Counted from the whole stretch's first letter, positions 38,996-48,952 are shown. The stretch is 60,400 nt of DNA, filler included, from Candidatus Woesearchaeota archaeon (GCA_046538795.1; 3 parts of 3 records of this genome joined end to end with filler, not necessarily neighbours in it); one strand, 5' to 3'. Notes: generated by a model from the letters alone, not told the origin. Numbers and translations: made by a program.

Positions 38996-39898
38996 CTAGC
39001 TGTTATAAGCAAGCACAGCACCGTTTAGATCATATGTTTTTTCGACAATGTTTCTTAGATGCATGTAAAACGCTGGATCTTCGCTTTTTTTTATCTTTTC
39101 GAGAAATACTGAACTTAGGTCTTTTCTTTTATTGCAGATATTTTCTGCTTTTTCAAGATCAAATGAATAGAACAAATCATACATCATATTGAAAAATGAA
39201 TTTACTGAAGAAAGATCAGAAATATTTTCTTCACTTAAACTATTTGCATATTTTAGAAGGTCCCTGTATTCATCACCTATCTTTTCAAGCTGCTCAGCTA
39301 TAAAATAGAGTGGCGGAAGTCTCCTGAGCCTTGAAAAGCCCTTTTTGTTTATCATCCTTCTTGTGAAATCAGAAAGCTTGTTTACCTCATTGTCTTTTGC
39401 AATAAGCGAACCTATCCTCTGGGAAAATGCATTTTTATCCTTGAATGCAGAAACCGCCTCATTACCTATATACTTTATCAGGAAAAATAGCCTTTTTAAC
39501 ACATTGTCAAAACCATCTATGTTCTCTTCAGCAATCTTTTTTGCAATAATGATCTTTTTTTCAGAATCAAAATCAACTATCTCAAAGCCTATAAATTCCT
39601 GCTCTATGACTTCTTCGCAAGTTGCTTTTTCTTCATATGTGTTATAACTTATCTTCACATGATCATAGCCGATCTTATAGATTGCTCCAAGAATTCTCTT
39701 GATCATCCCAGGCTTTCCTGAAATATCAACATGATATATAGGTTCTTCAATAGCTTTTTCAGTAGTTATAACCAACTCCGGGCCTTCTTCTCTTAGCTCT
39801 ATCTCGTCACCTTTTTTGAGTCCATGGTTCTTGCACCATTCGCTTGGAAGAGAAACCACGTTGGTATTCACGGAAATCTGTATTATTTTTCGTCTCAT
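38996..39898 (-). CDS. Phosphate uptake regulator-like protein (AbrB/SpoVT N-domain + PhoU)
   Basis: RRKIIQI...VSLPSEW...LKKGDEI; YKIGYD, GFEIV, EQLEKIGDEY. Confidence 0.85.
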   Translation of the reverse strand: MRRKIIQISVNTNVVSLPSEWCKNHGLKKGDEIELREEGPELVITTEKAIEEPIYHVDISGKPGMIKRILGAIYKIGYDHVKISYNTYEEKATCEEVIEQEFIGFEIVDFDSEKKIIIAKKIAEENIDGFDNVLKRLFFLIKYIGNEAVSAFKDKNAFSQRIGSLIAKDNEVNKLSDFTRRMINKKGFSRLRRLPPLYFIAEQLEKIGDEYRDLLKYANSLSEENISDLSSVNSFFNMMYDLFYSFDLEKAENICNKRKDLSSVFLEKIKKSEDPAFYMHLRNIVEKTYDLNGAVLAYNS

Positions 39899-40012
39899 CA
39901 AGGTAACAAACTACACATTATTTATTAAGCTTGCTATTTTTAAGTCCTAATTATTGAAACAAATTGGATTTCTGGCGGAGAAAATAAATATTTGCAGTGT
40001 GGATTTCGTCCA

Positions 40013-40099
40013 AGTGTTACTTAACAGTAGTCCTAAAAACGAAACATTTAAATAGGAGCTTTCACATAATGCATAGTATGAGTGTTACTTAATAGTGGT
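40013..40099. promoter_or_regulatory. 19-bp direct repeats flanking a TATA element
   Basis: AGTGTTACTTAACAGTAGT (40013) and AGTGTTACTTAATAGTGGT (40081), 17/19 identical, around GAAACATTTAAATA. Confidence 0.55.
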
Positions 40100-40114
40100 G
40101 TTGAGGTTATTAAG

Positions 40115-40264
40115 ATGGTATTTATGGGATTAGAAGACGATGATAACACCCAGCTTGATGAGATCAAGAAAAACACAGAAAAGTCAAAGAAGAGTCTTAA
40201 GACTGTTCTTAGCAGAGGAAAGCTTGATCCAAGAGAGATGGATGAGATGTTCCTTGAACCATGA
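40115..40264 (+). CDS. Small hypothetical protein
   Basis: GAGGT RBS and TATA element upstream; 49 aa, charged. Confidence 0.55.
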   Translation: MVFMGLEDDDNTQLDEIKKNTEKSKKSLKTVLSRGKLDPREMDEMFLEP

Positions 40265-40556
40265 TTTTATTGATTTGTGGTTCAAAATGGCGTTTTTTAG
40301 CTGAATAAACGTTACTTTTATATATGATTGGTGTTTAAAAAACAAAGCTTAGGGGGTATATTGGTAAAATGGCACGTAGATCTAAGACAGACACAAGGCT
40401 CTTTCAGGATATCAATGAGGAGGATCCTAAGGGTAAAAAGTGGAAAAAAACAGATAAATGGAAGGACCCATGGTTCTAAACATTTTCTTCTTTTTTTAGA
40501 TGGTTTTGTTTTCTCAAACAATAAGATTATAAATCATTAGGTTAAATAACACTTCT

Positions 40557-40817
40557 ATGGTATCAAATTATGAATTGGAGCTTGAAAAGGCAGTTTCTCT
40601 TGTTAAGAAAAATAATGCAAAGACTGTTGTGATACAGCTTCCTGATGGTCTGAAACCTCTTTCTCAGGAGATACAGGATTATCTTGAACAAAATACAAAA
40701 GCAGACATTATGATATGGATGGGGAGTTGTTTTGGTGCTTGTGATGTTCCTATTGAATTAAAGCACATGAATATTGACCTTTTAATACAATGGGGTCATT
40801 CTGAATATATGATATAG
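40557..40817 (+). CDS. Stand-alone N-terminal module of diphthamide synthesis protein Dph2
   Basis: VIQLPDGLKP, SCFGACDVP, LLIQWGHS; only 86 aa. Confidence 0.82.
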   Translation: MVSNYELELEKAVSLVKKNNAKTVVIQLPDGLKPLSQEIQDYLEQNTKADIMIWMGSCFGACDVPIELKHMNIDLLIQWGHSEYMI

Positions 40818-40899
40818 ATTTGATGTATTTTAATCTCTTTAAAACGGCTTTGCGTATAAATTCAAGTTACTTGTCTTAAATTGTAATAATTCAATTTTC

Positions 40900-40999
40900 N
40901 NNNNNNNNNNNNNNNNNNNNNNNNNNNNNNNNNNNNNNNNNNNTTAATTAATTAANNNNNNNNNNNNNNNNNNNNNNNNNNNNNNNNNNNNNNNNNNNN
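40900..40999. other. Artificial contig linker
   Basis: 100 bp N/TTAATTAATTAA/N. Confidence 0.97.
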
Positions 41000-41000
41000 A

Positions 41001-43718
41001 AGAATAGGGCTTGCATCCTCAAGCAAAAATACAAAACTTATCCTGAAGATAACCGGTTTGACAAAACTTTTTGATACAATCGTTGATGGTGTTGTCTCAG
41101 CAGATCTAGGGCTTAAAGGAAAACCTGAAGGAGACATATTTGTAAAAGCCTGCGAAAACATGAATATAAGACCCTCAAGATCAATAGTTTTTGAAGATGC
41201 ATTGTCAGGAGTGCAGGCCGGGAAAAACGGCAATTTTGGACTTGTTGTAGGAGTTAAAAGAGGAAGCCAGAAACTAAGCCCTGCTGATATCGTCGTAAAA
41301 GACCTGAAAGATATAAGTATAAAAAAGATAGAAAACTGGTTTGAAAAAGGCATAGAAAAAAATGCATGGAGCATAGATTATTATAATTACAATCCTGAAA
41401 CTGAAGGCATAAGAGAAGCGATCAGCACTGTTGGCAACGGATTCATAGCGACAAGAGGATGTCATGCTACTGAAAAAGACAGGCCTGAAGAGCATTATCC
41501 CGGAGTATATCTCGCAGGGATATATAATAAACCTCCAAGCGATGTCCATGGAAAAAATATATACAACAACGATCTTGTCAATAACCCTAACTGGCTTCTT
41601 ACAGAAATCGAAATAGAAGGAGATAAGCTTGATCCACTTAATCCGGATGACTGCGAGATAATAGATTATCATCAGTCATTAAACATGAAAGACGCAGTCC
41701 TTTCACAGGACATAACTATTAGAGACCGAAAAAAAAGAGATACAAGGATTTCTGTAAAAAGATTCTCAAGCATGGACAATATGCACCTTGCATGCCAGAA
41801 AATTGAGGTGACTCCTCTAAACTACGATGCAAAGATAAAAATATCTTCTTTTATAGATTCTGATGTAAAAAACAATAATGTAGCACGATACAGGCAGCTT
41901 AAGACAAGGCACCTTAAAACAATTGCAAGGAAAAAAATAAAAGAAGCATTATTCCTGCATGCAAAGACAACGTATTCGAAGCACGACATAATATATCATG
42001 CAAGACATAATTATTCTGAGAATGGAAAACCAAAGAAAACTCCAAAAAAACTCGTGCTTAGAAAAGGAGCTATAGGAGAAGAGTTGACGATAAAAGCAAA
42101 ACAAAATAACATCTATTCTTTAGAAAAACTTGTTTCCATACACACATCAAGAGAAAGCAAAGAACCAAAAAAACAAGGTCTTTTGACAATAAAGCAGGCA
42201 AAAGATTTCTCGTCTTGTCTTGTGATGCACAAGGTTTCATGGAGTTCGATATGGAAAAAGGCAGATATAGAGATAAAAGGAGACATATATTCACAAAAAG
42301 TTATAAGACTCCATATCTATCATCTGCTTTCTACTGCCTCACCTCACAGCCAGAATATTGATTCAGGAATTCCTGCAAGAGGACTTCATGGAGAGGGTTA
42401 CAGAGGACATATCTTCTGGGACGAACTGTATATAATACCATTCTTTGTGACACATTTCCCTGAGATTGCAAGATCACACCTTATGTATCGGTACAGAAGA
42501 CTTCCAGGAGCTGAAAGATATGCAAATTCATCAGGATATGAAGGAGCAATGTTTCCCTGGCAGACAGCAGACACAGGAGAAGAAGAAACTCAGGAGATAC
42601 ATTACAATCCTAACAACGACAGCTGGGGGCCTGATCTCTCAAGAAATCAAAGGCATGTATCAATAGCAATTTTCTTTGATTTTTGGTTATATTACCACAT
42701 AACAGGAGACGAGGATTCTACTAAAGAGTTTTCTGCTGAAGTCATGATGGAGATTGCGAGGTTCTGGACAAGCATCACAGAGTATGACAAAAAAGACAAG
42801 AAATACCACATAAGAGGAGTAATGGGTCCTGATGAGTTCCATGAAAAACCTCCAAGATCAAAAAAAGCAGGATTTACTGATAATGCATACACAAATGTCA
42901 TGGTATCCTGGCTCCTGAAAAGGGCATCTGAGATCGCTGAAATAGCAAAAGATGAGATGCAGACACCATATGAAGAGATAAAAAAATGGAATGAGATTTC
43001 AAATAATCTCAAGGTGAATTGTAAAAACAGCATTGTAGAGCAATTCGATAAGTTCTTTAGTCTTAAAGAGCTTGACTGGAAAGCATACAGAAAGAAATAT
43101 GGGAACATAGAAAGGCTTGACCGTATCTTAAAAGCAGAAGGAAAATCACCTGACAGCTACAAGGCCATAAAACAGGCAGATTTTCTAATGCTATATTACA
43201 ATCTTCCAGTCAATACAGTAACAGATATATTGAGAAATCTTGGTGTAAATATCAAAGATCCGGTTTCTTTCATGAAAAAGAACTATTCATTCTATGAAAA
43301 AAGAACAAGCCATGGCTCAACGCTTTCAAAGATTGTTCACGGCATAATCTCAAGCTACATGAACAAAGAAAAAGAAAGCAGGATGTTTTTTGATGAATCT
43401 CTTAGAAGCGACATATCAGAAAGAGAAAGATTGTCGACAAAAGAGGGCATACACACAGGCGTCATGGCAGGGACAATAGATTTCATATACAGAAGATTTG
43501 CCGGCCTTAACTATAGGGAAGACATACTTAAGCTTAATCCAAAGATGCCAAAAGAATGGAAGTGCATAAGTTTCAGGATGCTTCACAGAGGGATCTGGTA
43601 TGATATCACAATAAGCCAGGATAAGATAGAAGCAAGATCAAGCAAAAGATCAAAAATCAAAATAAAAAATAAAGAAATCAGGCTAAGCCCGGGAAAGACA
43701 AGAAAAGTCATCTACTGA
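41001..43718 (+). CDS. Beta-phosphoglucomutase-like HAD domain fused to GH65 glycoside phosphorylase (5' end cut by contig edge)
   Basis: Frame open from the contig start (GLASSSKN), GKPEGDIF, VFEDALSG; GH65 motifs ARGLHGEGYRGHIFWDE, GPDEFH, KQAD, HGSTLS. Confidence 0.9.
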   Translation, partial: RIGLASSSKNTKLILKITGLTKLFDTIVDGVVSADLGLKGKPEGDIFVKACENMNIRPSRSIVFEDALSGVQAGKNGNFGLVVGVKRGSQKLSPADIVVKDLKDISIKKIENWFEKGIEKNAWSIDYYNYNPETEGIREAISTVGNGFIATRGCHATEKDRPEEHYPGVYLAGIYNKPPSDVHGKNIYNNDLVNNPNWLLTEIEIEGDKLDPLNPDDCEIIDYHQSLNMKDAVLSQDITIRDRKKRDTRISVKRFSSMDNMHLACQKIEVTPLNYDAKIKISSFIDSDVKNNNVARYRQLKTRHLKTIARKKIKEALFLHAKTTYSKHDIIYHARHNYSENGKPKKTPKKLVLRKGAIGEELTIKAKQNNIYSLEKLVSIHTSRESKEPKKQGLLTIKQAKDFSSCLVMHKVSWSSIWKKADIEIKGDIYSQKVIRLHIYHLLSTASPHSQNIDSGIPARGLHGEGYRGHIFWDELYIIPFFVTHFPEIARSHLMYRYRRLPGAERYANSSGYEGAMFPWQTADTGEEETQEIHYNPNNDSWGPDLSRNQRHVSIAIFFDFWLYYHITGDEDSTKEFSAEVMMEIARFWTSITEYDKKDKKYHIRGVMGPDEFHEKPPRSKKAGFTDNAYTNVMVSWLLKRASEIAEIAKDEMQTPYEEIKKWNEISNNLKVNCKNSIVEQFDKFFSLKELDWKAYRKKYGNIERLDRILKAEGKSPDSYKAIKQADFLMLYYNLPVNTVTDILRNLGVNIKDPVSFMKKNYSFYEKRTSHGSTLSKIVHGIISSYMNKEKESRMFFDESLRSDISERERLSTKEGIHTGVMAGTIDFIYRRFAGLNYREDILKLNPKMPKEWKCISFRMLHRGIWYDITISQDKIEARSSKRSKIKIKNKEIRLSPGKTRKVIY

Positions 43719-44968
43719 ATAGAATTTTCTTCACATTCATACATGCATTCCTGAGACCCGTCATCAAATACCCATGAGCCCACGCACATAGGATGTATAG
43801 AATCCTTGTTCTTTATAGCACAGCATTCGTCCCTTGAATCAGGAGAGACTGTTGCACAACTTGCACCCAAAACCTCATCTCCATCTTTTGAGAACTCTTC
43901 TTTGGCATATACCTTTATGCCATCAACATAAACAGAAACAGTTCCAGGTTCATGCCCGGTTTTAACTTCTCCTGAAAAGTTCTGCAGATCTATCATCTGA
44001 ACACAGCCAGTTCCATCTTCATCAGATGATTTTATCTGTATGTCAAATTTTATCTGAACAGGATATGATTCCATGACCTGAACATCAAGATAAGCTTCAT
44101 GGCATGGGGTTGGCTTTGACTGGGTTATGTTATAAATAAGCTTTCCGTCCACGTAATTAAAATAATACTTATCTACAGGTTCTGAAACATAAGGCACATC
44201 ATTATCTGGAGAATCAGGCATGCCATCATCTTCGCAAGAACCTTCTTCCCAGAAATCAATGCTTCCAGATGAGCAAGCAACACAGCCATTTGAATATGTT
44301 TTTCCATCGTTTCCACAGACAGGTGCATACTCCATAGTGCAAAATTCTGCTGTCTTTTCTGATTCTGTGCAGTAATGCCTTCCTGTCATATTATACATAG
44401 ATATGTCGTTGATCTCACCATATGCCTTGCTAACATCAACTATTTTGCCTCCACACACATTAACATAGACTTCTGCTTCATCCACTCTTGAAGAATCCTT
44501 TATAGATTCCATCAGAAATCTTATTTCTGTAGTATAGCATTCTTCATCTCCATCAGGAACAGTACTTATAACAAGGATATTTCGCCCACCATAATCCTTG
44601 TAATCCTGCATTTTGAGAACATAGGCTTTAGCAAGATTCTCTGAAATAATCTCTTCAGGTATTGCTGATTCAAATGGTTCAGGACATACAACTGCGCACA
44701 CCCCTTCAATACATCTTGATTCATAAGGACAATGTGAAAGTATAAGATAATCTCCTGGAGTTGTGCAATCAGAATCTAAAGTACAGCTTTCACCTGTAAA
44801 ATCAGCAATAGAGAAATCATAAGACGTAAAATCTTCTTTGTTTGATCCACCATCATAACCATCATCTGGGTCGTCTAAATTTCTTGATGTGCAACCTGTA
44901 CTGAAAATTATTGATACTAAAATCACCAATAATCCAAATATCCTGATAAATGAATTTTTTTTTAGCAT
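43712..44968 (-). CDS. Secreted Cys-rich lipoprotein with Kazal-like domain
   Basis: Signal peptide with lipobox STGC; CTMEYAPVCGNDGKTYSNGCVAC. Confidence 0.78.
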   Translation of the reverse strand: MLKKNSFIRIFGLLVILVSIIFSTGCTSRNLDDPDDGYDGGSNKEDFTSYDFSIADFTGESCTLDSDCTTPGDYLILSHCPYESRCIEGVCAVVCPEPFESAIPEEIISENLAKAYVLKMQDYKDYGGRNILVISTVPDGDEECYTTEIRFLMESIKDSSRVDEAEVYVNVCGGKIVDVSKAYGEINDISMYNMTGRHYCTESEKTAEFCTMEYAPVCGNDGKTYSNGCVACSSGSIDFWEEGSCEDDGMPDSPDNDVPYVSEPVDKYYFNYVDGKLIYNITQSKPTPCHEAYLDVQVMESYPVQIKFDIQIKSSDEDGTGCVQMIDLQNFSGEVKTGHEPGTVSVYVDGIKVYAKEEFSKDGDEVLGASCATVSPDSRDECCAIKNKDSIHPMCVGSWVFDDGSQECMYECEENSIQ

Positions 44969-45024
44969 GAATATCACCTACCTATTTCTAGAATAAGGTT
45001 ATTTAAATATGTCTTTTTTTTGTT

Positions 45025-45036
45025 AGGTAAATGCCT
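45025..45036. promoter_or_regulatory. Putative operator AGGTAAATGCCT (site 1)
   Basis: Identical 12-mer at 51358; similar spacing to a TATA element. Confidence 0.55.
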
Positions 45037-45068
45037 TAAGAAAAAATATAAAAAAAAGAAAAAAAATC

Positions 45069-45239
45069 TTACCCCCTGATCTCACAATCCCATCCTTTTG
45101 TATCAGAGAACCTAAGAAATATTCTCTCTCTTATGCCCTTTGAGGATGTGAAAAAATCTTCTATTGTCTCATTTATAGAACTCTCAGCGATTATTTCCTC
45201 GCTAAAATCATCTCTTATCTCAGATACTTCTATATTCAT
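45069..45239 (-). CDS. Small acidic protein (56 aa), absent from ORF track
   Basis: GAGGTGA RBS; MNIEVSEIRDDFSEE...GWDCEIRG. Confidence 0.6.
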   Translation of the reverse strand: MNIEVSEIRDDFSEEIIAESSINETIEDFFTSSKGIRERIFLRFSDTKGWDCEIRG

Positions 45240-45328
45240 AATATCACCTCTTCTGGCTCCTGATCAATAAGTATATTGGAATATAATTCACATCTTCTAT
45301 TTTCATAGCTTACGCTGCATCTTTTCAT
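45236..45328 (-). CDS. Small peptide (30 aa), absent from ORF track
   Basis: GGGTGA RBS; stop overlaps the next start (ATGA). Confidence 0.45.
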   Translation of the reverse strand: MKRCSVSYENRRCELYSNILIDQEPEEVIL

Positions 45329-45549
45329 ACTTAATCACCCTTTGAATACATCTATCTTAAGATATATGAATTTAAATACCTTCCATCAACATATGTCCAG
45401 TGTCCAGTGCCCAACTCTAAGAAAAAACAATAAAGTACGCCCATTTGCCAAAAAGATATAATCTATGCAATCTCTTTCATCAAGAAATATATGATTCATG
45501 GCTGTATCTAAGATAATAGTGTGAGACAAAAATAGAATTTAAATCTAAG

Positions 45550-45758
45550 AAATAAAGAAAATCACTGCTCAAGCCTATTAGAAATTTAAAAAATTTCTAT
45601 CCCTAAAACTGACAGTTTTAGATATCCCCACACTTCAGTGTGGGGTATTAGGGCTTTCGCAGCTGAGGTGATTTTCTAATTTCAAAATTCGCCTTCAAAG
45701 GCGAGGTATTGCTCCAAAGGAGTACCCTTTCAGAATAAACCCAAAATTTAGAAATAAA
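45550..45758. mobile_element. Dispersed hairpin-rich element, copy B (expanded)
   Basis: Ends shared with 27058-27158; interior has four hairpins including CCCCACACTTCAGTGTGGGG. Confidence 0.7.
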
Positions 45759-45786
45759 AAAAAATCATATATCATATGTGAAAGTC

Positions 45787-46056
45787 CTAAAGAAGCGACC
45801 TTACATTATCTATATGATTAGCAACATCAGTTCCTTTCTTAGTAAGAGTAAGAAGCTTAAGCCTGCCTTGCTTCTCAAAGTTGATAAGCTCTGCCTTTTC
45901 CATCTCCTGAAGTATCTTTACAACATGAGAATATGTGCAGTCGATCTGTTTTGCAAGAGAAGATGCATATATTGCACTTTTAGAATTTTTTAGGGTAACA
46001 AGCATCATCGCTGGCTTTTCCCTGAATATTACATTAAAAATCTTATCATCAACCAT
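45787..46056 (-). CDS. MarR-like winged-helix protein
   Basis: YASSLAKQIDCTYSHVVKILQEME...GRLKLLTLTKKG. Confidence 0.85.
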   Translation of the reverse strand: MVDDKIFNVIFREKPAMMLVTLKNSKSAIYASSLAKQIDCTYSHVVKILQEMEKAELINFEKQGRLKLLTLTKKGTDVANHIDNVRSLL

Positions 46057-46328
46057 ATTAACACCCATAATTAATTATCTATAAAATATATTTTATTATG
46101 GTTCTTATCTAAAACAACCAAACAAAAATATACTCCACAACCTCGAGAACGAGGAAAAATGTTTTCTATAAAAACCTTTCGAAAAGATATGTCAAAAAAC
46201 AGGTGAAAGAAACAACAATGTGATTACTTACAGGCTTTTCAGGCAGATTTCATAAACTCATATAATATATCATGAGATGAAAATCCAAGAATTTCAATAA
46301 TTATTTATAATATCCATGTATCGCAAAA

Positions 46329-48269
46329 ATGATGCAAGAGATCTATTTTCCTCATAATGCGTTTAGACCTATTCAGGACAAGCTTGTAGAAAGAGTGATA
46401 TATGCAGTCGAACACAAGAAAAATCTGATAGTACATGCACCTACAGGTCTTGGAAAGACTGCTGCAACGATTGCACCTGCGCTCACATATGCAATAAAGA
46501 ATAACAAAAAAGTCTTTTTCCTTACAAGCAGGCATACCCAGCATAGGATAGCTGTAGAGACTCTCAAGCTTATCAGGAAAAGATATGATATAGATTTTTC
46601 AGTTGTTGACATAATCGGAAAAAAATGGATGTGTCCTCAGCCAGGAACAGATACGCTTTACTCAAACGAGTTCTCAGAATACTGCAAAGCTGTACGGGAA
46701 GACGGAAAATGCCAGTTCTATCTTAATACTAAAAACAAACAAGGAAAACTAACAGTTAAAGCACAGGCAGAACTTCACGAAATAAAACATTTTGATCTTG
46801 ACAAGCTGATTAAATATTGCACAGAAGAAGAGCTTTGTCCTTATGAAATGTCATTGGCACTTGCAGTTAGAGCAAACATAATAATAACTGATTATTACTA
46901 TATATTCAACCCGGCAATAAGAGAGATGTTTTTTTCAAAAACAGGCATAAGCTTAGAAGATGTAATTCTTATCGTCGATGAGGCTCACAATCTCCCTTTT
47001 AGGGTGCGTGATCTGATGACTCAGAGGCTTTCCAATATTCTTGTAAAAAGAGCGATAAAGGAAGCAAAAAAATATCAGTATGATGACATGGTTGAGCATC
47101 TTCTTGTGATAGAAAATTCTCTTAGGGATATTTCAAAAAGCATGATGGAAAAGAGTGAACCTGAAACAACTCCTGAAAAAAAGCTGGATTTTTTCTCAAG
47201 CAAAATAGAAAGCAGCATAAAGATTAAAGAAAATGAAAAGCTAGTATCAAAAGAAGAGTTCATGATAAAGATCAAAAAATACATAGAAAACTACGAACAG
47301 CTGATTGCTGATCTTGAATTTGTGGCAGATGAGATACGGGAAAAGCAGAAGATATCATATCTTGGCTCGATCGCCTCTTTTCTTGAATTCTGGCAGGATG
47401 AATCAGAAGGATTCACAAGAATACTTACAGTAAAACCTGGAAATAAAGACCCTATAACAATACTTTCCTACAGATGCCTTGATCCCAGCATAATCTGCAA
47501 GGATGTAATAAATAATACTCATTCCTCAATAATCATGTCAGGTACATTGATACCTGTTGAGATGTACCGAGATCTTTTGGGTGTCGAACTTCCTGAATCA
47601 AAGATCTTTGAAAGTCCATTTCCAAAAAACAATCGGCTAAATCTCATAATACCTGAAACAACAACAAAGTACTCGATGAGATCAGACGACCAGTTCAAAA
47701 GAATAGGAGAAGCATGCGCAAAGATAACCAATGCAGTTCCGGGCAATTCAGCTATATTTTTCCCAAGCTATTTCTTAAGAGACAGGGTCTATGAAACATT
47801 CACTAGCCTTTCTGAAAAAACAACATTTCAGGAGATAGCGGGTATGAACAAACAGGAAAAGCAGGAGATGCTTGAAAACTTCATGAAGTACAAAGACATG
47901 GGAGCAGTGCTTTTGGGAGCATCTTCAGGAAGTTTCGGCGAAGGAGTGGATCTTCCAGGAGACTTGCTGAAATGCGTTGTTGTTGTCGGTCTTCCTCTTA
48001 ACCAGCCAGATCTTGAGACAAAACAGCTTATAGAATATTTTGACAAGAAATTTGGCAAAGGCTGGGACTATGGTTACATTTTTCCTGCATTCAATAAGAC
48101 ACTTCAAAATGCAGGAAGATGCATAAGAAGTGAAAACGACAAGGGAATCGTAGTCTTTTTAGATGAAAGATATGCCTGGCCAAGATATGTCTCATTATTT
48201 CCAAATGACCTTAACCTGAAGATCACGAAAAAATATGAAGACGAGATTAAAAAATTCTTTGTAAATTAA
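46329..48269 (+). CDS. xpd: XPD/Rad3 (DinG-family) Fe-S DNA helicase
   Basis: APTGLGKT, four Cys ending in CPY, DEAHNL, MSGTL, FPSY, QNAGRCIRS. Confidence 0.92.
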   Translation: MMQEIYFPHNAFRPIQDKLVERVIYAVEHKKNLIVHAPTGLGKTAATIAPALTYAIKNNKKVFFLTSRHTQHRIAVETLKLIRKRYDIDFSVVDIIGKKWMCPQPGTDTLYSNEFSEYCKAVREDGKCQFYLNTKNKQGKLTVKAQAELHEIKHFDLDKLIKYCTEEELCPYEMSLALAVRANIIITDYYYIFNPAIREMFFSKTGISLEDVILIVDEAHNLPFRVRDLMTQRLSNILVKRAIKEAKKYQYDDMVEHLLVIENSLRDISKSMMEKSEPETTPEKKLDFFSSKIESSIKIKENEKLVSKEEFMIKIKKYIENYEQLIADLEFVADEIREKQKISYLGSIASFLEFWQDESEGFTRILTVKPGNKDPITILSYRCLDPSIICKDVINNTHSSIIMSGTLIPVEMYRDLLGVELPESKIFESPFPKNNRLNLIIPETTTKYSMRSDDQFKRIGEACAKITNAVPGNSAIFFPSYFLRDRVYETFTSLSEKTTFQEIAGMNKQEKQEMLENFMKYKDMGAVLLGASSGSFGEGVDLPGDLLKCVVVVGLPLNQPDLETKQLIEYFDKKFGKGWDYGYIFPAFNKTLQNAGRCIRSENDKGIVVFLDERYAWPRYVSLFPNDLNLKITKKYEDEIKKFFVN

Positions 48270-48460
48270 TCGTTTTTTTCAGTAGACTCGTTTTTTTCAG
48301 ATCTTAGTTCGGTTTCTATTATTGCTCCAAGCCCTGACTCTTCTGCCATGTCAAAACCAGTAACTTCATGTGAGCCTATGTAGTTTAATGATGGACTCCA
48401 ATATAATGGATCTGAAATCTTTCGTTCATTAAGATTATATCTTGTGAAAAAATCGTACAT
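48266..48460 (-). CDS. Small hypothetical protein
   Basis: AGGTGA RBS before ATG; 64 aa. Confidence 0.55.
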   Translation of the reverse strand: MYDFFTRYNLNERKISDPLYWSPSLNYIGSHEVTGFDMAEESGLGAIIETELRSEKNESTEKND

Positions 48461-48556
48461 ATTATCACCTTTAGAAAAGAAATACAGCTGAATATTTAAA
48501 ATTAGGTGAATTTAAAGGGACAGGTTTTATAAAAAACAGAAATAATTATTTATAAT

Positions 48557-48913
48557 ATGGCATTAGCTAGATCTTTGATAATTCTTGGAATATTCACATT
48601 CCTTTCTATAGTCGTATCATCTCTTCCATTATATTTTGCTGTAAAGATATTCAGGAAAAAAATCTCTTTCGGAAGGGTTATGCTTATAACAATTCTTTCA
48701 GGCATCATTGTTTCTCTCATAAATCTTTACTTTAGAAGCATAGGAGGTATTGTCTCATTCATCATACTCATCTGGGTATATAGAGAAGCCTTCAGACTTA
48801 AATGGCTCAATGCGCTTCTTGTCTGGTTCATACAGATAGTATTTGTATTTTTGCTGTTTGCTATAATCGCAGCCGTATCTTTTTTTGGATTCGGGTTGTC
48901 ATTAATATTCTAG
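48557..48913 (+). CDS. Membrane protein
   Basis: About four TM helices. Confidence 0.75.
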   Translation: MALARSLIILGIFTFLSIVVSSLPLYFAVKIFRKKISFGRVMLITILSGIIVSLINLYFRSIGGIVSFIILIWVYREAFRLKWLNALLVWFIQIVFVFLLFAIIAAVSFFGFGLSLIF

Positions 48914-48952
48914 AAAAAGAAATTTAAAAAAAAAGAAAAATAAAAAATATAT

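Noticed and set aside
40318..40540. Overlapping 67 aa and 70 aa ORFs upstream of the Dph2 module
   Set aside because: Opposite-strand pair with non-ATG starts and no motif; neither can be supported
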